Shown: positions 57,873 to 64,000 of the stretch, one piece after another | Layout of the letters: each line of letters opens with the position of its first letter | How positions within the stretch are numbered: the first letter of the stretch is position 1 | Assembly: GCA_963832745.1 (NCBI GenBank) | Contig: CAWHVC010000005.1 | Location: 192,001-256,000 of the forward strand | Direction: 5' to 3' | Source of the DNA: Candidatus Bathyarchaeota archaeon | GTDB lineage: Archaea > Thermoproteota > Bathyarchaeia > Bathyarchaeales > Bathycorpusculaceae | DNA: 64,000 nt | The notes under the pieces: generated by a model | Databases searched by the model: none | Seen by the model: the letters and a program-made list of their open reading frames with translations, nothing else | What the model was told of the DNA's origin: nothing | Translations under genes and position numbers: made by a program

Positions 57873-60344
57873 TTAATATTCCGCTAAAATGAACACGTCA
57901 GTTGAGGTGACTTGTCTTCCATTAACGGATTTTTCTGGTAAGACTTTAATATTTTCAATTTTTAATGTTGATGCAATGTCGATTGAGCCTTTCTGAAGGA
58001 CCTCTGCGGTTGCTGCATCTCCTGCATAGACTGTGACGTTTTTGATTGGAGCGTTGAGTGGCATCTTCTTTTGTGCTTTGTCATTGCGGATTTCGCCTAA
58101 GACGGCTATGATTAAGTCGCCTTGCTTTTCCACTTCCTCACTGACAAAGGCAGGGTTGAATTTTGGCCATTGTGATACTTGGATGCTCGGGTAACCCTTG
58201 CCGTCAACGTACATATACTGATAAATCTCTTCAGTCAAGTGTGGAGCAACAGGCGCAAACAATTGCAGTAAACGATAAAGGACCTCGTAAAGCGTGTATT
58301 GTGCAGCGAGACGGCTTTCTTTACCGTGAACCTCTGGACGGTACAGGCGGTCTTTAACCGCTTCCAGATAGTAGTCACAGAAGACGTGCCAGGTAAAGTT
58401 ACGGATGTCCTCCACTGCAATGTTGAATTGGCATTTCTCTAAGGATTCAGTGACTTTTTTGGTAAGATTTTCTGTCTTGCTGATTATCCATTTATCAAGA
58501 AGCTGTAACTGAACATTCTCTGCAGTTTGTGGCGCGTAATCTTCGAGCAGTTTGCTTGCAAAACCCGAAGCGTTCCATAACTTGTTAAGGAACCGTTTGC
58601 CGTATTCAACATCTTGTACACGGTAAGGAATGTCGGAGCCTGTGGCGCCGCCGCCTGCAGCCCACTGCCTAACCGCGTCAGCACCGTTCTTATCAAGCGC
58701 TTCTGGTGCCGCAGCATAATTTTTGAGCGATTTGCTCATTTTTCTGCCGTCCGCGCCAAGTACCATGCCGTTGATTAAGACACTGTTAAAGGGGCGTTCA
58801 TCAAACAGGGCTAGATGGCGTACCATAAGGTAGTATGCCCATGTACGGATAATGTCAGTTCCAGATGGGTGCATGCTTGCGGGAAACAGGTGCTTCCAGT
58901 CTGCACGGTCAGGCCATCCAGCATGAACAGCACAAGTAATTGAACTATCCATCCAAGTGTCCATAACGTCTTGTTCGGGCGTGAAGTCTTTGCCGCCACA
59001 TTTCGGGCAAGCATCGATTCGGGGGCCTTCCAGTTTAGGGTCAATTGGCACCCATTCAGGCTTTGCAACAATGATTTCGCCACAGCCTTTGCAGTACCAA
59101 ACTGGAATCGGCGAAGCGAAAAGTCGTTGACGGCTAATCACCCAATCCCATTCCAACGCTTTTGCCCAGTCGATTAGACGGTTTTTCATGTAATCTGGAT
59201 ACCATGGAATCGCGTTAGCTTCTTTCTCCACTTTGCCGGAGAGCTCCATGGTTTTCATAAACCACTGCTTGCGTTCAAGAATTTCAACGGTAGTTTTGCA
59301 TCGGTCACAGACGCCGACTTCCTGCTGAATCTTTTCAGTTTTCTCAAGTAATCCAGCTTCGGTTAAGTCAGCAACAATGGCTGCACGCGCCTTGTTTAGG
59401 TATAAGCCTGCGTATTTGCAGCCTGCCTCAGTTATTTGACCGTTCTCACTGATGAGACGAATCACTGGGAGCTTGTGTTTTATGACGGTTTTCACGTCAT
59501 CTTTATCGCCATAAGTGCAGATTTGAACAGCGCCAGTGCCAAAAGTCATGTCAACGGCTTCGTCGGCGATAATAGTGACTTCACGGTTCATTAGGGGTAC
59601 AGCAATTTTTCTGCCGACGTATTGGCTGTAGCGTTCGTCTTTTGGGTTAACTTTGACGGCGACGCAGGCGGGAATGAATTCGGGTCGCGAAGTCGCAATT
59701 AAGAGGTGTTCGCTTGAACCTGCCAAGGGAAACTTGATGTAATGCAGGACGCCCTCTTTTTTGACATGGTCCACTTCAGCATCGGCAATGGCTGTTTCGT
59801 CGCGGGGGCACCAGTTGACGGGATGGGTGCCTTGGTACATGTAGCCTTTATGATAAAGTTGGATGAAACTGAGTTGGGTACGGCGCCAATAGTCAGGATC
59901 CATTGTTTTGTATTCGGTGGTCCAGTCGATGGATGCGCCAAGTTTAAGGATGCCTTCTTTCATCATGGCAATATATTTTTCGACAAGCGCCATACACATA
60001 TTGCGGAACTGGTCAGGTGGCATGTCGCGTTTGCGGATGTTGTTAGCTTTTTCTACTTGGATTTCTATGCCTAAGCCGTGGCAGTCCCAGCCTTGCGGGA
60101 AAAGCACGTTGTAGCCTTGCATGCGTTTGAATCGGGCTACTATGTCAAAATATGTCCAGTTGAGGACGTTGCCCATGTGCAGTTCGCCTGACGGGTAAGG
60201 CGGAGGCGTATCAATACTGAACGGTTCGCGGGTTTTGTCGTTCCAGTCATAACGGTTAATTTTCATTTCTTCCCATTTGCTCTGCCATTTCTGCTCTATT
60301 TCGGCAAACTTGTACTCTTTAGGCATAGGCTGCATGACTATCAA
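57873..60344 (-). CDS. valS: Valine--tRNA ligase (archaeal type)
   Basis: DTPPPYPSGELHMGN, WDWVISRQR, DTWMDSS, KMSKS. Confidence 0.96.
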   Translation of the reverse strand: MIVMQPMPKEYKFAEIEQKWQSKWEEMKINRYDWNDKTREPFSIDTPPPYPSGELHMGNVLNWTYFDIVARFKRMQGYNVLFPQGWDCHGLGIEIQVEKANNIRKRDMPPDQFRNMCMALVEKYIAMMKEGILKLGASIDWTTEYKTMDPDYWRRTQLSFIQLYHKGYMYQGTHPVNWCPRDETAIADAEVDHVKKEGVLHYIKFPLAGSSEHLLIATSRPEFIPACVAVKVNPKDERYSQYVGRKIAVPLMNREVTIIADEAVDMTFGTGAVQICTYGDKDDVKTVIKHKLPVIRLISENGQITEAGCKYAGLYLNKARAAIVADLTEAGLLEKTEKIQQEVGVCDRCKTTVEILERKQWFMKTMELSGKVEKEANAIPWYPDYMKNRLIDWAKALEWDWVISRQRLFASPIPVWYCKGCGEIIVAKPEWVPIDPKLEGPRIDACPKCGGKDFTPEQDVMDTWMDSSITCAVHAGWPDRADWKHLFPASMHPSGTDIIRTWAYYLMVRHLALFDERPFNSVLINGMVLGADGRKMSKSLKNYAAAPEALDKNGADAVRQWAAGGGATGSDIPYRVQDVEYGKRFLNKLWNASGFASKLLEDYAPQTAENVQLQLLDKWIISKTENLTKKVTESLEKCQFNIAVEDIRNFTWHVFCDYYLEAVKDRLYRPEVHGKESRLAAQYTLYEVLYRLLQLFAPVAPHLTEEIYQYMYVDGKGYPSIQVSQWPKFNPAFVSEEVEKQGDLIIAVLGEIRNDKAQKKMPLNAPIKNVTVYAGDAATAEVLQKGSIDIASTLKIENIKVLPEKSVNGRQVTSTDVFILAEY

Positions 60345-60441
60345 TCCAAACTGTATCTGTTTGACTTTAGCAAAACGGAAATAGCACCTAAAAACGTTAC
60401 CCTACACAAAAGAACAAGAAAAAGGGCTATTTGGCCCAAGT

Positions 60442-62013
60442 TTAACCTGTTTGGTTCCAATAAAAGACTTGACCGTACTTTGCGTTGACGGGAAACGCAG
60501 GGTCATCATAGATGATATCCAGTTTCTGTCCGTAAAGCCCAAGCATGTTCTGTAGTTGAGTCCATATTTGGTCTATTGTACTTGTGGTGTTCCATAATCC
60601 CCAAGTCTTATCTTGGAAATAACGCATGCCCGAACCGTAACTGTTCGGCAAAACAAACGCAACTTCCGCCTGCACGTTGTTGGTTTCTTGTGTGTTTTGC
60701 ACTACTTCGTTCCAGAATTTTTCCATAGCATCAAAATGTTCTTCTTTTAAAAGAGCGCAGTCGTTGCTGATGGTGGCGTTTTGGGGGTTAAACATTGTGC
60801 TAGTTTGGTTGTAGTTAAAGACTATAACGTATTTTGCGCCGCTTTCATAGGACTGCTTCATTTCATCGTACATTTGCTCTGGAGTTTGCAAGTATGGTGC
60901 ATCGTTGCTTTGCCAAGTAATCATTGTTCCCCAATCTTTACCCTGCATGTTCGCGGCTCCCCTGACTAACCCAATTTCTTGGGTTGGATTATTGTTCCAG
61001 CCTAACTGGGCAAAAATAGTGTCATACCCTGCTAGGTAATCGTACCAGTAAAGCGCGTAGTCTGAAGTCATAAGTTTAATGTTTGTTTGGTTTCGGACTG
61101 TACAGCTTAGTATGCTGTGTTTAGAATCAACGTAACGTTGTGCTACGTCGGCTTGGGTTTGCAATGGCCGGGAATCCCATACTTGCTGGTAAGGTTCGAA
61201 CTGGCTTATGTCGCCTTTATCGGTGACTAATGTGCCGTTTGAATATTGGACTGTGCCATCTGGCTGGTAGTACAGCGTAGGTTCAAAGCTGTAATTTATG
61301 TATCTTTCAAGGGAGATAGTTTTGTTTGTAAAGTAGATTGTCGTGTTTGATACATAGGTTCCAGCAGTAAAGTTGCTGTCACCTAACGTAATGTGAACTT
61401 CTCCAGACGGATAATACGTATAATCACTGTATGTATTTGTGTCATTTGAATCTACAAAATAATGTTTGCTCATTGTGCCGTCAGGCGTAACGTAGGCTGA
61501 TTCGCCAGTTTCAATATTGTTAAGGGTTGAGCCTTTGTCAATCATTTTTCCTCCCGGCTCATCATTATAGTAGAGCCCCAAGAAGTGGCTGCCCCACCTT
61601 GGCTCAGCTATCTTGGTAAAGTTAGCACACGTGTTATCTGCGGCGCCATTGTAAGAGTAATAAACTATAATGTCTAACCCTGAGTTGACGGCGTAATCAC
61701 ATATTTCTGTTACAGCAGAAAGCTGCGCCATTAATGGGCCTGATTGGATGACAAAAAGGTTAGTGTAGTTTTTGACCTGATCTATAAGCGCTTTTGCTTC
61801 TGTGGTTGAGTTGCCACAGTAAGTTACGCCGAAGTAGAAGGGTTTCTTTTGCGCCACTTCAACAGTGGGTGTCGGTGTAGCTGCTGGCGGGGTAGGAGTG
61901 CTTGCTGGTTGGCCACTACCACCTAACCCCCAGAACGCGGAAGCTACAAGAGCAATAATAATCACTACTGTCACCGCTGACAAGAGTAAAATTTTGTTTG
62001 ACCGTGAAACCAC
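60442..62013 (-). CDS. N-terminally membrane-anchored extracellular hypothetical protein
   Basis: TM, Pro/Thr linker, FGVTYCG, GLYYNDEPGG, SDYALYWYDY. Confidence 0.75.
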   Translation of the reverse strand: MVSRSNKILLLSAVTVVIIIALVASAFWGLGGSGQPASTPTPPAATPTPTVEVAQKKPFYFGVTYCGNSTTEAKALIDQVKNYTNLFVIQSGPLMAQLSAVTEICDYAVNSGLDIIVYYSYNGAADNTCANFTKIAEPRWGSHFLGLYYNDEPGGKMIDKGSTLNNIETGESAYVTPDGTMSKHYFVDSNDTNTYSDYTYYPSGEVHITLGDSNFTAGTYVSNTTIYFTNKTISLERYINYSFEPTLYYQPDGTVQYSNGTLVTDKGDISQFEPYQQVWDSRPLQTQADVAQRYVDSKHSILSCTVRNQTNIKLMTSDYALYWYDYLAGYDTIFAQLGWNNNPTQEIGLVRGAANMQGKDWGTMITWQSNDAPYLQTPEQMYDEMKQSYESGAKYVIVFNYNQTSTMFNPQNATISNDCALLKEEHFDAMEKFWNEVVQNTQETNNVQAEVAFVLPNSYGSGMRYFQDKTWGLWNTTSTIDQIWTQLQNMLGLYGQKLDIIYDDPAFPVNAKYGQVFYWNQTG

Positions 62014-62115
62014 GATGGATACCTCAGGGTTTGAGCAGTTTTACGGTCAGGTAAAATATAGTTCTATGTTTTAGAACACACCGTCATAGGAGCAGAACAG
62101 GGGATGTTAGAACTG

Positions 62116-62472
62116 TTAGACTCTGTCAAGCGTTGGTGCCTTACGGCGTCCATCCCAAGCATGATGCAGCGCCAAACCTGGATGATAAATCAGCAAGCGC
62201 GGTCCAGAATAGCTCATGACTTTGCGCACTTCCGCTTTCATATCGGGTTTATAGCAGTGGATTTTGCATTTGCCGCAGGTGCTTTTCTTGTCTTGGAAGG
62301 GGCATTTGTCAAGGCGTTGGATGGCGTAGTCTTTGAATTGTTGGCATTCGGGGCAGAGCTCTCCGTTGGTTATATGGTGGTGCCCTTTGCAGTAGATGTC
62401 AACCATGTAGCTGATGGTTTTCTTTTCACGTATCATTCTTTTATGAGTTGGGTTTGGTGGTTGAGGCTTCAT
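62116..62472 (-). CDS. YgbA / nitrous-oxide-stimulated-promoter family protein
   Basis: REKKTI..MV.IYC..HH...CPEC...RLDKCPF...CGKCKIHCYKP...YSGPR. Confidence 0.88.
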   Translation of the reverse strand: MKPQPPNPTHKRMIREKKTISYMVDIYCKGHHHITNGELCPECQQFKDYAIQRLDKCPFQDKKSTCGKCKIHCYKPDMKAEVRKVMSYSGPRLLIYHPGLALHHAWDGRRKAPTLDRV

Positions 62473-62531
62473 AATTTGATCAGTTGAAGTATTATACAGG
62501 TCCTTTGTAGATTAGTTTTTACCCTTACAGC

Positions 62532-63125
62532 TTAGGGTTTTGATATGAAACGGTTATTTTTAATGTAAAACCGCCAAAGCAGGTCCTTCCATTCACCAGC
62601 GTAGTCAACGCCCACACGTTTCAATGCCGCAATTTCATCCAGCGGCATGTCTGGAGCCTCTTCAACGTACAGCGGCGGAACAGTCAAATCCAGCAAGTTC
62701 TGAGCCCTTGAGATGCCCATTGCAATGCACAACCTGCCAGGACCGTTTGTAATGTTCACCGGTTTCTCGGGGCAGCCTCGACGTTTTGCCATAAGCTCCA
62801 CGCCCTCAACGGGTTCAAGCGCCCGAATCAAGACGGCTTCAGGCTTTCCCGGAATTGAGCCGGCTGTGATGTTAATGCAGTTGTACATGCCATAAATGAG
62901 ATAAACATAGGCGTGACCCTTTTGTCCGTACATGACTTCGTTTCTCGGTGTGCGGCGTCCGCCTGAACTGTGAGCCGCTTTGTCTTCTGGTCCACAGTAA
63001 GCTTCAGTTTCAACGATTCTACCGGCTGTGATACCGTCGTCTGTTTTATGGACAAGAATTTTGCCAAGCAAGCTTTTGGAGACAGTTAAGATGTCTTGCT
63101 CATAGAACGGTCTTTGAAGAATCAT
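62532..63125 (-). CDS. mpg: DNA-3-methyladenine glycosylase (AAG/MPG family)
   Basis: GRIVETEAY.G.EDKAAHS, YVYLIYGMY.C.NI, AVLIRALEP, GPGRLC. Confidence 0.93.
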   Translation of the reverse strand: MILQRPFYEQDILTVSKSLLGKILVHKTDDGITAGRIVETEAYCGPEDKAAHSSGGRRTPRNEVMYGQKGHAYVYLIYGMYNCINITAGSIPGKPEAVLIRALEPVEGVELMAKRRGCPEKPVNITNGPGRLCIAMGISRAQNLLDLTVPPLYVEEAPDMPLDEIAALKRVGVDYAGEWKDLLWRFYIKNNRFISKP

Positions 63126-63325
63126 ATGTTAAACAAGATAATTCGCGTATAATTAAATTTGCAGCGCACGCACTAAAACAACACCCGACGTAACCTTTTG
63201 GGGCCTAAGCGGCTTTATGTTGAAATCTGAAAAAAGCAGCTTTTTAGTTAAGTAATCGAGCTTCTAAGAAGAGTAGCAGTAGTCTTAAGTCATAACACTT
63301 ATATCTTAATAGAGCTTTCCATTGT

Positions 63326-63823
63326 TTGTTGAAGCGTAATCAAATGAAGCAACCATTAGCAGTCTTTAGCGTTGCCCTCGGAGCGGCTTTAGGGTTTGGC
63401 CTTCTAACAGTTTTAATAGACCATATTTTAAGAATAATGCTGGTGCCTGAAGTCAACGTCTATTCTTTTAGCACTTTTTCAATGGCAACCTCACTATTTG
63501 CGCCAGTTGCCTATATTTTATCATTCATCTGTTTTTACCAGTTTGGAAAAAAAGCCAAAATCTTAGTTGCCAAAAAAACAACAGTTTTAGCCCTGTTAGT
63601 GGGATTGATGATAGGTACAACAATTACAACCTCCATTATAACTTCAAGCAACTTGCCACTTGCAACAACCATCAGTCTTATACTGAGTTATTCATTTGCT
63701 GGCGTCTTCCCATATTTGTTCTCAGCATTGGCAGGTTTACTGTTTGCGGAAATTAAAGAAAAGAGGGACAACCAAAATTTAAAAGTGGAATACGAAGAGC
63801 AAAACATGCCAGTCAACCAATAA
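63326..63823 (+). CDS. Hypothetical membrane protein (about 4 TM)
   Basis: Four hydrophobic segments; TATA-like CTTATAT upstream. Confidence 0.6.
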   Translation: MLKRNQMKQPLAVFSVALGAALGFGLLTVLIDHILRIMLVPEVNVYSFSTFSMATSLFAPVAYILSFICFYQFGKKAKILVAKKTTVLALLVGLMIGTTITTSIITSSNLPLATTISLILSYSFAGVFPYLFSALAGLLFAEIKEKRDNQNLKVEYEEQNMPVNQ

Positions 63824-63825
63824 TT

Positions 63826-64000
63826 TCAACAAAAAACGTGTTTTTGGCGTCTTTTAACAATTAGTAGGAGAAAAACAACAATTGCAATTAGTATTACTGC
63901 AATCGTTAGAACTTTGGGAAGGCTTGAATTTGGAATAGGTGTAGGGTTTACTGTTAAAGCGGGTGTATTGGTTTGTTCAGGGGAAAATTTTTTGGCGACC
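63826..64000 (-). CDS. C-terminal end of a membrane-anchored protein (partial)
   Basis: Manual translation ...NPTPIPNSSLPKVLTIAVILIAIVVFLLLIVKRRQKHVFC-stop. Confidence 0.65.
   Translation of the reverse strand, partial: VAKKFSPEQTNTPALTVNPTPIPNSSLPKVLTIAVILIAIVVFLLLIVKRRQKHVFC

Noticed and set aside
496-63067. Numerous 60-175 aa ORFs overlapping real genes (e.g. 2575..2937, 28031..28558, 42982..43464, 62104..62487)
   Set aside because: Antisense or alternate-frame shadows of well-supported genes, with no motifs of their own
1-64000. CRISPR array, rRNA, tRNA, transposase or integrase
   Set aside because: No regularly spaced repeats, cloverleafs, rRNA-like tracts or recombinase motifs seen by eye

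Overview
Archaeal chromosomal segment, most likely Bathyarchaeia. This is inferred from the archaeal ValRS/GlyRS/HisRS/TrpRS, Rio2, Lsm, the two-subunit tRNA splicing endonuclease, DGGGP synthase, NfnAB and the paralogous ~850-aa beta-propeller surface proteins. Most of the window is housekeeping (modABE, nfnAB, glgP, trpS, pyrI, rio2, glyS, class II HMG-CoA reductase, mtnA, glnA, hisS, nadX, valS), interspersed with secreted or membrane-anchored proteins. I found no rRNA, tRNA, CRISPR array or transposase. Signals the ORF track does not explain: (1) a probable double-guide box C/D sRNA at 33695-33759 with guides antisense to 23S helix 69/71 sequence, followed by a ~20-bp hairpin; (2) two tandem beta-propeller surface-protein genes sharing a palindromic operator next to the TATA box, followed by a multi-TM protein/wHTH pair; (3) a secreted gingipain/clan-CD-like protein paired with a membrane-anchored PepSY-like protein; (4) a dispersed, degenerate ~60-140 bp intergenic repeat family; (5) unannotated microproteins (an RHH + Zn-ribbon mini-operon with an operator, and a C2H2 finger); (6) candidate non-AUG starts; (7) six frameshifted genes confined to 9-21 kb, probably consensus errors. 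All family assignments come from motif recognition by eye; no database searches were run.
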